Assembly: GCA_964597575.1 (NCBI GenBank)
Contig: CAZQXB010000001.1
Span: 530,111-594,110, forward strand
DNA: 64,000 nt
Direction: 5' to 3'
Origin: an uncultured Gammaproteobacteria bacterium
GTDB taxonomy: Bacteria; Patescibacteriota; Patescibacteriia; Magasanikbacterales; UBA922
Both the position numbers and the translations under genes were made by a program. Below the pieces are notes generated by a model that made no database searches, had not been told where the DNA came from, and was given only the letters and a program-made list of their open reading frames with translations. Position 1 is the first letter of the stretch. Each line of letters opens with the position of its first letter. Positions 8,335 to 18,407 of the stretch are shown here, piece by piece.

Positions 8335-11280
8335 ATGGATAGTTTAAATAAAGCACAACAACAAGCCGTGGGGCACATTGAGGGCCCTCTTTTAATCGTG
8401 GCCGGCGCGGGCACTGGAAAAACAACCGTTATTGCCCGAAAAATTGAATATGTCGTGAATGAAAAACTCGCAAAACCTGAAGAAATTTTAGCACTTAGCT
8501 TTAATGAGAAGGCAGCGGACGAGATTCATGAGCGGGTAGACGCAATACTCCAAACAGGATATGTCGACATGCAGATTGCGACGTTCCATTCGTTTTGCCA
8601 AACACTTTTGCAGGAATTTGCCTTAGATATCGGCTTACCGAATCAATTTCGGGTTTTGAAAGAAACTGAGGCCTGGTTATTTATGCGCGAACACTTTGAT
8701 GAGTTTGCGCTCCGCTATTACCGCCCTTTGGGAAATCCGACTCGCCATATTCATGAATTTTTGAAGCACTTTTCGAGTTGCAAGGATGAACTTATTACTC
8801 CTGAAGCCTACTTGGTGTATGCGGAAGGTTTGACACTTGATGCAGATAAAAATACGAATGACGAGAAGACACGCTTGCTTGAAGTAGCGAATGCGTATCA
8901 CCAGTATCAGAAAATTTTGGTCGATGCGGGTGTTATGGATTTTGGTGATCTTCTTTTTTACGCCGTAAAACTTTTGAAAGAGCGACCTGCGGTACGAGAA
9001 AAAGTTCAGGCCCGTTACAAATATATTCTGGTCGACGAGTTTCAAGATGTAAACCATGCGCAGTATGAACTCGTGAAACTGCTGACTGGCCCGAAAACAC
9101 AGTTAACAGTGGTGGGGGATGATGATCAGAGTATTTATGCGTTTCGGGGAGCATCGGTTTCCAATATTTTACGGTTTAAAGATGATTACCCACATGCTAC
9201 TGAGGTTGTGCTTACGGAGAATTATCGCTCGGGTCAGGCGATTCTCGATACCGCATATACGGTGATTCAGCATAACAACCCAGATCGTTTAGAGGTGAAG
9301 CTGAATTTGAATAAAAAGCTTATTGCTAAAGGGGCTGTAGCAACGGGGCAGGTGGTGTACGTGAAACGAGAGCGTTTAGAAGATGAAGTGTCGGCCGTGG
9401 TTGAGGAAATTGAACGCCTGAAGCAGTCGAAAGAAATTGAGACGTGGGATGATGTGGCAATTCTTGTCCGAGCGAATGCTCACGCTGAACCTTTTGTCGA
9501 AGCATTGGAGCGAGCACGAATTCCCTTTGAGTTTCTTTCTTCGGTCGGGCTTTACCGTCAGCCAATTGTGCTTGATTGTTTGAATTTCTTTAAAGTTTTA
9601 GGCGCACATGATGATCCGATCGCCATGTTCCGCCTGCTTCGATTACCGCCACTTGGTCTTTCTGAAAATGATTTTCAGAAAATTATTGCTCATGAAGCAA
9701 GAAAAAAGATATCGCTCTATGAGGCAGCAAAACGCGCCACTGAGTTTGGGGTTACTGCTTCTGGCATTACGGCCTTGAACACGCTCATTAATGCGATTCA
9801 TGCAGGGTTAAAAGGAGTGCGCCACGGTAAACCAACAGAAATACTCTACCAGTTCCTTGATGCGACGGGGTACTTAGCTTATTTAACAAAAGAAGAATTA
9901 AATGGAAATGCCGCGGTCATTCGACAGATTCATCATTTAGCGACGTTCTTTAAGGAGCTTGAAACGTTTGAAAGTGCAACCGCTGACGCGCATGTGTCGC
10001 ATTTTTTGGAGCGCTATAAATATATTATTGATGCCGGAGACGAAGGGCAGACTGAGCATATTGAAGAGACTCCTGATTCAGTGCAAATTCTTACAGTGCA
10101 TAAATCGAAAGGGCTTGAGTTCAAAGCCGTATTTATGGTGAATCTGGTTGAGGAGCGTTTCCCTACGCGTAGGCGTGGTGAAGCTCTACCAGTTCCGGAT
10201 GCCCTTATTGCTGAAACCGTACCAAGCGGTGATGAGCACGTAGAGGAAGAGCGCCGCTTGTTTTATGTAGCGGCAACTCGGGCAAAAGAAAAATTATATC
10301 TCGTTAGTTCAAGCGACTATGGTGGTGCACGAGAAAAAAAACCTTCGCGATTTTTAATTGAGGCCGGCTTGGCTGAAGAAGGGGGAAAGAAAAAAAAGGC
10401 TTCCCCAAAAGGAGTGACGAAGGCTGCAGATTTAGAAAGAAAAGAGACGGCTATGCCGCTCCCTACAACCCTTCACGCCCCAACAACATTTTCCTTTTCC
10501 CAGCTCGAAGCATATGCTGCTTGCCCCTACCGATATAAACTTCGTCATGTTCTTAGAATTCCAACACCCGGGAAAGGAAGTTTTAGTTTCGGGTCGACAA
10601 TCCACTCTACATTCCAAAAATTTTATGAACGTGTGCAAGAGTTAAATGGCGCAAAGCAAGAATCGCTTTTTGGTGGGCCCGCAACTCCCGCACCGACTAC
10701 TCCAGGGGTTCGTGTGCCACCTCTTGATGAACTTCTAAAGATCTATGAAGAGCAGTGGAATGGTGACTGGTATGAATCGGCCAAGCTTCGAGATGATTAT
10801 TTTGTAAAAGGAAAAGAAATTTTGAAATTATTCTATATCGCAAACGAGGGTCGCTGGACAGTGCCGGTTGTTCTTGAAGGAGCGTTCACGATTATGGTGG
10901 GAAAGCACCGCATTCGTGGGCGCATTGATCGCATTGATCAACTTCCGGATAAGACACTTGAAATTATTGATTACAAAACAGGTCAGAGTAAAGAAACCTT
11001 GTCCGCCGATGATAAGCCTCAGCTTCTTATTTACCACATAGCAGCAACGACACTTCCGCAGTATCGTGGGTACGGGCCAGTTGGAAAGCTGACGTTTTAT
11101 TATGTGAATGATGGAATTCAAACGAGCTTCTTAGCTGAAGGGGACGAGCTTGAGCGGTTAAAGGAGAAACTTCTGAAAACAATGGAGCGTATTCACGAGG
11201 GGGATTTTAAAGCGACGCCTTCCCCACATGTCTGTAAATGGTGCGATTATAAGGATATTTGCGAGTACCGGACCTTGTAG
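8335..11280 (+). CDS. UvrD/PcrA-family helicase fused to C-terminal PD-(D/E)XK nuclease with a 4-Cys motif (AdnB/AddA-like)
   Basis: AGAGTGKT, VDEFQD, TVHKSKGLEF, EEERRLFYVA; C-terminal CP, GRIDRID, IIDYKTG, CKWCDYKDIC. Confidence 0.9.
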   Translation: MDSLNKAQQQAVGHIEGPLLIVAGAGTGKTTVIARKIEYVVNEKLAKPEEILALSFNEKAADEIHERVDAILQTGYVDMQIATFHSFCQTLLQEFALDIGLPNQFRVLKETEAWLFMREHFDEFALRYYRPLGNPTRHIHEFLKHFSSCKDELITPEAYLVYAEGLTLDADKNTNDEKTRLLEVANAYHQYQKILVDAGVMDFGDLLFYAVKLLKERPAVREKVQARYKYILVDEFQDVNHAQYELVKLLTGPKTQLTVVGDDDQSIYAFRGASVSNILRFKDDYPHATEVVLTENYRSGQAILDTAYTVIQHNNPDRLEVKLNLNKKLIAKGAVATGQVVYVKRERLEDEVSAVVEEIERLKQSKEIETWDDVAILVRANAHAEPFVEALERARIPFEFLSSVGLYRQPIVLDCLNFFKVLGAHDDPIAMFRLLRLPPLGLSENDFQKIIAHEARKKISLYEAAKRATEFGVTASGITALNTLINAIHAGLKGVRHGKPTEILYQFLDATGYLAYLTKEELNGNAAVIRQIHHLATFFKELETFESATADAHVSHFLERYKYIIDAGDEGQTEHIEETPDSVQILTVHKSKGLEFKAVFMVNLVEERFPTRRRGEALPVPDALIAETVPSGDEHVEEERRLFYVAATRAKEKLYLVSSSDYGGAREKKPSRFLIEAGLAEEGGKKKKASPKGVTKAADLERKETAMPLPTTLHAPTTFSFSQLEAYAACPYRYKLRHVLRIPTPGKGSFSFGSTIHSTFQKFYERVQELNGAKQESLFGGPATPAPTTPGVRVPPLDELLKIYEEQWNGDWYESAKLRDDYFVKGKEILKLFYIANEGRWTVPVVLEGAFTIMVGKHRIRGRIDRIDQLPDKTLEIIDYKTGQSKETLSADDKPQLLIYHIAATTLPQYRGYGPVGKLTFYYVNDGIQTSFLAEGDELERLKEKLLKTMERIHEGDFKATPSPHVCKWCDYKDICEYRTL

Positions 11281-11314
11281 TGGGGTTTTTCCCATGGTAC
11301 GATAGCGGTGTTAT

Positions 11315-11620
11315 ATGGCTTTTACCCCACTTTCGAGCGCCCTCGGAGATCGATTCAAAGGGTCAAAATCAATGCATAGTATTCAAAGCCAGGCGACTGC
11401 GGCTCTTGTTGTTGAAGAAGCAGGGCGTTTGTTTACTGAACTTTTCGGCAGTATTGCCAATCAAATCCGCCCCCTGTATATTAAAAATCGTACCCTTACC
11501 ATTACCTGTTCCTCGGCAGCTGTGGCTCAGGAAATTCGACTTCGCCAAGCTGAGATTGTTGAGGGGATTAATGCAAAACTGGGGCAAAAAGAGGTTGATC
11601 GCATTCGGTATTTGGCTTAA
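11315..11620 (+). CDS. dciA: DUF721/DciA helicase-loader family protein
   Basis: L.I.CSSAAVAQEIRL....I...IN..LG...V..IR pattern. Confidence 0.75.
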   Translation: MAFTPLSSALGDRFKGSKSMHSIQSQATAALVVEEAGRLFTELFGSIANQIRPLYIKNRTLTITCSSAAVAQEIRLRQAEIVEGINAKLGQKEVDRIRYLA

Positions 11621-11626
11621 ATTCAC

Positions 11627-12019
11627 ATGACTCTCCGTCAATACCTTATTTTAATGGTGATCTCAACCCTGCTGTGTTTTGCGGCCTGGGTTTTTGTGCT
11701 GGTGAATATTAACCCGTTTGAATCACCCCCCTCGGGGTTTGTTTTCTTCTATCTGACGTTTTTTGCGTCTTTGGTCGGTGCCCTGTCACTTCTCATGTTT
11801 GCGGTGTACCGCACCCTCTCTCGGGGCACGGTTCCCATGTACTATCATGTTGAGCGAAGTTTCCGAGATGGTGTCCTCTTTGCCACTGGGGCAACACTTC
11901 TTCTCTTTTTTCAGGGGAAGGGTTGGCTAACTCCGGTAAATACCATTATTTTCTGCATTGCCATTTTGGTTTTGGCCGTTATTTCCTGGACGCTCGGTGG
12001 TCGCTCACGTTACTCATAA
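11627..12019 (+). CDS. hypothetical membrane protein (4 TM)
   Basis: Hydrophobic ORF with INP and SFRDG motifs typical of a CPR family. Confidence 0.65.
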   Translation: MTLRQYLILMVISTLLCFAAWVFVLVNINPFESPPSGFVFFYLTFFASLVGALSLLMFAVYRTLSRGTVPMYYHVERSFRDGVLFATGATLLLFFQGKGWLTPVNTIIFCIAILVLAVISWTLGGRSRYS

Positions 12020-12026
12020 CATATAT

Positions 12027-13268
12027 ATGAAACAATCATACTTATTTACCAAAACAAGAAAAGAAGTTTCGGGGGAAGAAGTATCGAAAAATGCTCAACT
12101 TTTGCTTCGCGGTGGTTATATTCACAAAGAAATGGCCGGAGTGTACGCGTATCTTCCGCTCGGAAAACGCGTGCTTGAAAGAATCGCAAACATTGTTCGT
12201 GAGGAGATGAACGCGGCTGGAGCACTTGAAATTCAAATGACTGCACTTCAAGATAAATCAAATTGGGAGGCAACGAATCGGTGGGATGATGCCATTGTTG
12301 ATAATTGGTTTAAAACAAAATTAAAAAATGAAACAGAGCTTGGTCTCGGTTTTACGCATGAAGAGCCAATTACTGCCATGATGAAGTCGTTTGTTTCATC
12401 GTACCGTGATTTACCGAAAGCGGTTTATCAAATTCAGACAAAGTTTCGTAATGAACTTCGAGCAAAAAGCGGCATTATGCGCGGCCGAGAGTTCCTTATG
12501 AAAGATCTGTATTCATTTTGCCGTACGGCTGAAGAGCAAGATCATTACTACGAGTTCATGAAAGGAGCATACAAAAAGGTATACGAGCGACTAGGGCTCG
12601 GCGACAGAACATATATTACTTTTGCTTCGGGTGGTATTTTTTCAAAGTACTCCCATGAGTTCCAAACATTATCTGAGGCCGGCGAAGATACGATTTATAT
12701 TCACGAAGAAAAGAATATAGCGATTAATGAAGAGGTGTATAACGATGAAGTGTTACGGGATTTGGGGTTAAAAAAAGAAGATCTTGTACAAAAAAAGGCA
12801 ATTGAGGTCGGGAATATTTTTACTCTCGGAACTCGTTTTTCTGAACCATTAGGGTTAACATTTGTGAACGAAGCCGGTGAAAGTAAGCCTGTTGTCATGG
12901 GAAGTTATGGTATCGGAGTAAGCCGACTTATGGGGGTTATTGTGGAAATATACAATGATGAAAAAGGGATCGTGTGGCCAGAAGCGGTTGCGCCTTTTCA
13001 AGTGCATCTCGTATCACTTTGTCGTGAAGAGGCAGATGTTGCCAAAGCAAATGAGATCTATGAAAAATTGAAAGCTAAGGGTGTCGAAGTTCTCTACGAT
13101 GATCGTGATGGCGTTCGCCCAGGAGAAAAATTTGCTGATGCTGATTTACTTGGTATGCCGAAGCGGGTGGTGGTTTCAGCGAAGACTATTGAAAAAGGAG
13201 TGGTGGAGGTTGTGAATCGAAAAACAGGAGAAGTTGCTATGGTACCTGTGGCCGAATTTCTCGCCTAA
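12027..13268 (+). CDS. proS: proline--tRNA ligase (no INS editing domain)
   Basis: KFRNELRAKSGIMRGREFLMKDLYSF, IEVGNIF.LG, MGSYGIGVSR; start taken at MKQS. Confidence 0.95.
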   Translation: MKQSYLFTKTRKEVSGEEVSKNAQLLLRGGYIHKEMAGVYAYLPLGKRVLERIANIVREEMNAAGALEIQMTALQDKSNWEATNRWDDAIVDNWFKTKLKNETELGLGFTHEEPITAMMKSFVSSYRDLPKAVYQIQTKFRNELRAKSGIMRGREFLMKDLYSFCRTAEEQDHYYEFMKGAYKKVYERLGLGDRTYITFASGGIFSKYSHEFQTLSEAGEDTIYIHEEKNIAINEEVYNDEVLRDLGLKKEDLVQKKAIEVGNIFTLGTRFSEPLGLTFVNEAGESKPVVMGSYGIGVSRLMGVIVEIYNDEKGIVWPEAVAPFQVHLVSLCREEADVAKANEIYEKLKAKGVEVLYDDRDGVRPGEKFADADLLGMPKRVVVSAKTIEKGVVEVVNRKTGEVAMVPVAEFLA

Positions 13269-13292
13269 GACCAATACCCATAAACTGAATGT

Positions 13293-14351
13293 ATGTTTGA
13301 GCGCGTCTTCCGTCGTTTCCAAAGCGATATTGCGATTGATCTTGGTACTGCAAATACCCGGGTGTTTGTGCGTGACAAAGGTATTGTTATTGATGAACCA
13401 ACGGTCGTTGCGATCAATAATAAAACAGATCAAATTTTGGCTGTCGGCCAAGAAGCGAAGCAGATGCTTGGGAAAACGCCGTCGCATATTTCCGTCTCTC
13501 GTCCGCTCACTCATGGCATTATTTCTGACTACGAGGTGGCTGAAAAACTGTTGAAGTACCTTATCGATAAGGTGCACGATGATGGATTTAGTGTGTTTTC
13601 ACGCCCTCGGGTGGTCATTTGTGTTCCTCTTGAGGTAACAGAAGTAGAAACAAAAGCGGTTGAAGATGTAACCATTGCTGCGGGTGCGCGTGAGGTTGCG
13701 GTTATCCAGGAACCAATGGCCGCAGCTATTGGTGCGCGCATGCCGATTCAGGAATCCATCGGAAACATGATCGTGCATATTGGAGCGGGGACTACCGAAG
13801 TTGCTATCATCTCACTTCACGGGGTTGTGAATTGGAAATCGACGCATGTTGCCGGAGACGAAATGAATAAAAACATCATGCAGTATGCGCGTGAGGTCTT
13901 CAATTTATATATTGGAGAAAGTTACGCTGAGCAAATGAAAATGAAAATTGGTTCTGCGACGCCTCAAAAAGAACGCATGGAGTTTCCTTTGCGTGGTCGT
14001 GATGTGTTAACGGGCTTGCCAAAAGAAGTGATGATGACGAACGATCATGTCCACGAGGCTCTGGAGCGGTCGGTTCGGGCTATTGTTGATCATGTAAAAA
14101 TGGCGCTTGAACTTACTCCGCCAGAACTGACGGCTGATATTCATGAGCGTGGACTTATCCTTTCCGGAGGAGGCGCTCTTCTTCGAGGCATTGATACGGT
14201 TATTGCTCATGCCGCAGAGGTGCCAGTGCGCATGACAGACGACCCACAAACTGCGGTCGTGCGCGGAGCCGGCCTCCTTCTTCAAGAATCTGCACTTCTC
14301 AAAGAGGTTCGCCTTCCTTCCGCACGTAACCCAAGACGCCGACGCGTGTAG
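13293..14351 (+). CDS. mreB: rod shape-determining actin-like protein
   Basis: AIDLGTANT, EPMAAAIGA, IGAGTTEVA, LSGGGALL. Confidence 0.95.
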   Translation: MFERVFRRFQSDIAIDLGTANTRVFVRDKGIVIDEPTVVAINNKTDQILAVGQEAKQMLGKTPSHISVSRPLTHGIISDYEVAEKLLKYLIDKVHDDGFSVFSRPRVVICVPLEVTEVETKAVEDVTIAAGAREVAVIQEPMAAAIGARMPIQESIGNMIVHIGAGTTEVAIISLHGVVNWKSTHVAGDEMNKNIMQYAREVFNLYIGESYAEQMKMKIGSATPQKERMEFPLRGRDVLTGLPKEVMMTNDHVHEALERSVRAIVDHVKMALELTPPELTADIHERGLILSGGGALLRGIDTVIAHAAEVPVRMTDDPQTAVVRGAGLLLQESALLKEVRLPSARNPRRRRV

Positions 14352-14370
14352 AAAAGGGGTGGAAAAAAAG

Positions 14371-15189
14371 ATGCACCCTATGGATACCAATAAAATTCGC
14401 ACACTCATTGCTATTGGGGTAGTGATTGGACTCACTATTTTTTTTCATACGATCGGTTGGCTTCGTCCGATTGAAAAGTTTTTCCGTTCTTTGGTAAATC
14501 GAGGGACTGAAATTACCTATAATTGGCGTGCAGGGACCGAAGAAGAGGGGGAAATGTTTTCGAGTGTCGAGGAGCTGCAAGACGCGTACACGGCCCTTAA
14601 AGCACGCGAACGGGATTTGCTTGCGTATGAAACCGAAGCAACACTGCTTCGCGCAGAAAATGAAGAGCTTCGGGCCCGGCTCAACTTTGTGACGAGTACG
14701 GGTTCGGGGCATGTGAGTGCTGAAGTACGTGCGGATGTTATTGGAAAAAATATTGAACCCCTCGGAAGTACTCTTATTATTAATCGCGGTATAGAGGCGG
14801 GGATTGCTGTTGGGCAGCCGGCGATTGTAGGAAATGGAATTTTTATTGGGAAAATAGTGCGTGCCGAGACAGGTTTTTCCGTGATTGAGCTGGTCACTGA
14901 TAGTCAAAGTAAGGTTGCGGCATCCGTGGTTGGACGCATGGAAAGTTTAGGTCTTGTGGAAGGAGGGTATGGAATCAGCGTGCGCATGTCGTGGATTCCC
15001 CAGCAAGAAACTTTAGAGGTTGGAACTATGGTCGTCACGTCAGGGCTAGAAAACCATATTCCTCGTGGACTTTTAATCGGAACCATAGAAACGATAGACC
15101 GTGATCCCCATCAGGCGTTTCAAGAAGCGGTTATTGCTCCCATTATTCGTTTTGACAAAGTGCGCTTGGTGACCATTATAACGAATTAG
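14371..15189 (+). CDS. mreC: rod shape-determining protein MreC
   Basis: TM, coiled coil (LRAENEELR), IINRG...G, VVTSGL...P.GLLIG; follows mreB. Confidence 0.9.
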   Translation: MHPMDTNKIRTLIAIGVVIGLTIFFHTIGWLRPIEKFFRSLVNRGTEITYNWRAGTEEEGEMFSSVEELQDAYTALKARERDLLAYETEATLLRAENEELRARLNFVTSTGSGHVSAEVRADVIGKNIEPLGSTLIINRGIEAGIAVGQPAIVGNGIFIGKIVRAETGFSVIELVTDSQSKVAASVVGRMESLGLVEGGYGISVRMSWIPQQETLEVGTMVVTSGLENHIPRGLLIGTIETIDRDPHQAFQEAVIAPIIRFDKVRLVTIITN

Positions 15190-15193
15190 CGGT

Positions 15194-15736
15194 ATGCGTC
15201 TCCTGCTTCGTTTTCTCATTATTCTCATTCTGGTTGTTTTTTTGGTTTTGGTGCATATGGCCGCATCTTCCCTTTTACCGTATCCATTGAATGCAATTAA
15301 TAGTGTGATGGCCGTTTGCCTTCTTATTATGATGAGAAAAGAAGAGGGACTTGTGGTATGGGTTTCATTTTTCTGTCATTTTGTAATTGAGCTCTACACG
15401 AAAACACCGTTCGGCATTTTACTTGCCGCCGGGACCATGTCGCTTCTTTTGGGGTACTGGTTATACGGATATATTTTTAGTAATCAGTCGTGGTACGCCG
15501 CTTTGGCACTTTCGGTTATTGTTATGGCCATGTACCGTATTATTTATACCCTTGGGATTATCGGCACAGACTTTTTTCTATCAACAAGTCATCCGTTCTC
15601 CGTGATCGTGCTCAGTAAGTACTTCTTTGAGTTATTGTTCACGTCGCTTGTGGTTGTGATCGCCTGGATTATTCTTCATTCGCGTCGTCCGCGCCGTGAC
15701 ACAGAACGGTATCGTTTTTTTGGATATGGCTCCTAA
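15194..15736 (+). CDS. mreD: MreD-like membrane protein
   Basis: Five TM segments between mreC and mrdA (call from synteny). Confidence 0.65.
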   Translation: MRLLLRFLIILILVVFLVLVHMAASSLLPYPLNAINSVMAVCLLIMMRKEEGLVVWVSFFCHFVIELYTKTPFGILLAAGTMSLLLGYWLYGYIFSNQSWYAALALSVIVMAMYRIIYTLGIIGTDFFLSTSHPFSVIVLSKYFFELLFTSLVVVIAWIILHSRRPRRDTERYRFFGYGS

Positions 15737-17699
15737 AAAACCACTTTTTCCTGTAGAAACAAACCATGGTTTTTTTTCAGGGTTACGCCGTCGCCGTTCG
15801 ACCGATTGGGTAGAGGGGATCGCGTCTGTGAAAAGTGACACCCCACACATCGGAACTCCCGGTGAGCGTGATCATTTAGGTTCGAGTTTGCCGCCGAAAC
15901 CTCTTCTTGTCGCGATTGGACTCATGCTTCTTTTTGTCGGAGCGATTTTATGGCGCCTTGGAGATATTCAGCTTATGAACGGGGAGTATTATGCGAGGCG
16001 TTCAGAAATGAACCGTGAGCGTGTGCGGGTGATTCCCCCAGAGCGTGGACTTATTTTTGATCGATTTGGGCGAGAGCTTACGAAAAATGTCCCCAGTCTT
16101 TCTCTCCTTCTCACCCCACAAGATGCGCCACGCGATACGCTTGAGCGAGAGTATATGATTCGGACGTTATCGATCATTATTAATGAGCCGGCAAAAACAT
16201 TGCGCGATCATTTACGTCGTGGAATTCCGGTTGTAATTCGGGAGAATATTCCGTACGACTTTGCACTTATGGTGCATATTCGACAAAAAGAATTACCCGG
16301 GGTAGAAGTGGTGCAGGGGAGCAAACGGCTTTATCTGTTGCGCCCCGATGCACCAACGACAAGCGCCCCAGTTCTTTCACTTTCCCACGTCCTTGGATAT
16401 GAGGGAAAAATTAATGCAGAAGAACTCGAAGCCCTTCGGGATAAGGGCTATCGCCTTACTGATTCTGTTGGAAAAACAGGAGTAGAAAAAACGTATGAAT
16501 CACTTCTTCGGGGGGTTGCAGGTATTAAGCGGCGAGAAGTAGACTTTTTGGAGCGCCAACAAAAGGTGATTACAGAAACTCCGCCGATTCCTGGGCACCA
16601 TATTTATTTGACCATTGATCTTGAGATGCAGCGGGAGCTTGAGAAAATTTTACAGAATGCGCTTGTGCGATATGGAAAAAAACGAGGGTCTGCGATTGCT
16701 ATGGATCCGCGCAGTGGAGAAATTTTGGCACTCGTGAGTTTGCCGACATTTGATAATAATGAATTTTCTGGTGGAATTAGCACTGAAGCATACCGAGGGT
16801 ATGTTGAAAATCCTGACGAACCCTTGTTTCATCGGGCAGTGGCCGGAACATACCCATCGGGTTCCACAGTAAAACCCATCATTGCCGCAGCTGCGCTTAC
16901 TGAAAAAATTATTACCCCAAATACCGCCATACAAAGTACCGGTGGAATTCAAGTGGGGGCTCGTTTTTTCCCTGATTGGCAGTCTGGTGGGCATGGCACA
17001 ACCGATGTGCGCAAATCTCTTGCCTGGTCGGTCAACACTTTTTACTACTATATTGGGGGAGGGCATCGAAATTTTTCTGGCCTTGGGGTTGAACTCATTA
17101 CAAAGTACATGCGGATGTTTCAGTTGGGGGAAAAACTCGGTCTTGATTTGCCAGGTGAGCAGAATGGATTTGTGCCAAGTCCCGCCTGGAAAGAAGAAGT
17201 AAAAAAAGAGCGATGGTTTATTGGAGACACATATAATTTATCAATTGGTCAGGGGGATTTACTCGTGACGCCGCTTCAGGTTGCGTCGCTTACCGCAACC
17301 GTTGCGAATGGTGGTACAGTGTATGTGCCGCATGTGGTTGGGGCAATTGAAGGGCCAGATGCTTCGGCACCGACTCCGGAAACACCAAAAATCATTCGCC
17401 AAGTGGATGTTTCACGTTCGTCGCTTTCGGTTATTGGGGCGGGGATGCGTGATTGTGTTACTGTGGGCTCGTGTCTTCGGTTAAGCACGTTACCTGTGGC
17501 GATAGCCGGAAAAACAGGTACTGCGCAATGGAATGCGAATCGCTTACCCCATGCCTGGTTTACCTCGTTTGCTCCATATGATAACCCGGAAATTGTGTTT
17601 ACGGTTATTATCGAAGAAGGGGAGGGGGGTGGGTCAGCGGCAGTGCCTGTAGCCTATGAGTTCTATAAATGGTGGGGCGAAAAAAGAAAGAGTCGATAG
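15726..17699 (+). CDS. mrdA: penicillin-binding protein 2
   Basis: RGLIFDR, GKTGVE, GSTVKP (SxxK), SVN, KTGTAQ. Confidence 0.92.
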   Translation: MAPKKPLFPVETNHGFFSGLRRRRSTDWVEGIASVKSDTPHIGTPGERDHLGSSLPPKPLLVAIGLMLLFVGAILWRLGDIQLMNGEYYARRSEMNRERVRVIPPERGLIFDRFGRELTKNVPSLSLLLTPQDAPRDTLEREYMIRTLSIIINEPAKTLRDHLRRGIPVVIRENIPYDFALMVHIRQKELPGVEVVQGSKRLYLLRPDAPTTSAPVLSLSHVLGYEGKINAEELEALRDKGYRLTDSVGKTGVEKTYESLLRGVAGIKRREVDFLERQQKVITETPPIPGHHIYLTIDLEMQRELEKILQNALVRYGKKRGSAIAMDPRSGEILALVSLPTFDNNEFSGGISTEAYRGYVENPDEPLFHRAVAGTYPSGSTVKPIIAAAALTEKIITPNTAIQSTGGIQVGARFFPDWQSGGHGTTDVRKSLAWSVNTFYYYIGGGHRNFSGLGVELITKYMRMFQLGEKLGLDLPGEQNGFVPSPAWKEEVKKERWFIGDTYNLSIGQGDLLVTPLQVASLTATVANGGTVYVPHVVGAIEGPDASAPTPETPKIIRQVDVSRSSLSVIGAGMRDCVTVGSCLRLSTLPVAIAGKTGTAQWNANRLPHAWFTSFAPYDNPEIVFTVIIEEGEGGGSAAVPVAYEFYKWWGEKRKSR

Positions 17700-17789
17700 A
17701 CGTCGTCCTTGGGGTAAGAAAGATCAGGCTTAGTAGATTGGCAAGAAAACAGTAAAGAAAAAATCTTCAAAAAAGAGGAAATAACCCCG

Positions 17790-17860
17790 TTGACGTAGGG
17801 GGAAAAGGTCGGTATACTGAAAAATACTAGACTCCGCGAATCCGCGGTATCTTCTTTTTT
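17790..17860 (+). promoter_or_regulatory. greA promoter with leader hairpin and U-tract
   Basis: TTGACG -17 nt- TATACT, then CCGCG-aatc-CGCGG hairpin and TTCTTTTTT before the ATG. Confidence 0.55.
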
Positions 17861-17892
17861 GCCAATTGTTTGAGGTGTAGATTATTCCATAT

Positions 17893-18354
17893 ATGGTTGA
17901 CCATTATATTAGCCAAGAAAAAAAGAAGGCCTTACTTCTTGAGTTAGACATGCTCAAAACGACCCGTATTCCCGATCTAGCAAAGCGTATTGATGAGGCA
18001 CGTCAGCTGGGAGACTTATCGGAAAATGCAGAATACCATGCAGCTCGTGAAGATATGGCCTGGGCGCATACGCGGATTAAAGATATTCAGCGTATTTTAG
18101 ATACCTCAGAAATCGTGGTAGAGGGTTCAGGGAAACGTTCAGCCGTGGCGCTCGGCTCCACAATTACGGTAAAAGTGAATGGAAAAGAAAAGAGCTTTAC
18201 GTTAGTTGGGGCGGTCGAGGCAAACCCAGCCGAAGGAAAGATCTCCAATGAATCTCCGCTTGGTTCAGCATTTTTTGGTAAAAAACCAGGGGATAAGGTA
18301 GAGGTGACGGTTCCGGCTGGGGTTTTAGTTTATGAAATTATCTCTATTACATAA
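17893..18354 (+). CDS. greA: transcription elongation factor GreA
   Basis: GDLSENAEYHAA, ISNESPLGSA. Confidence 0.95.
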   Translation: MVDHYISQEKKKALLLELDMLKTTRIPDLAKRIDEARQLGDLSENAEYHAAREDMAWAHTRIKDIQRILDTSEIVVEGSGKRSAVALGSTITVKVNGKEKSFTLVGAVEANPAEGKISNESPLGSAFFGKKPGDKVEVTVPAGVLVYEIISIT

Positions 18355-18407
18355 CAAGGAATCATTGTCAGCTGGCGAAAAAATCGCTACACTACCCCTA
18401 TATTTCT

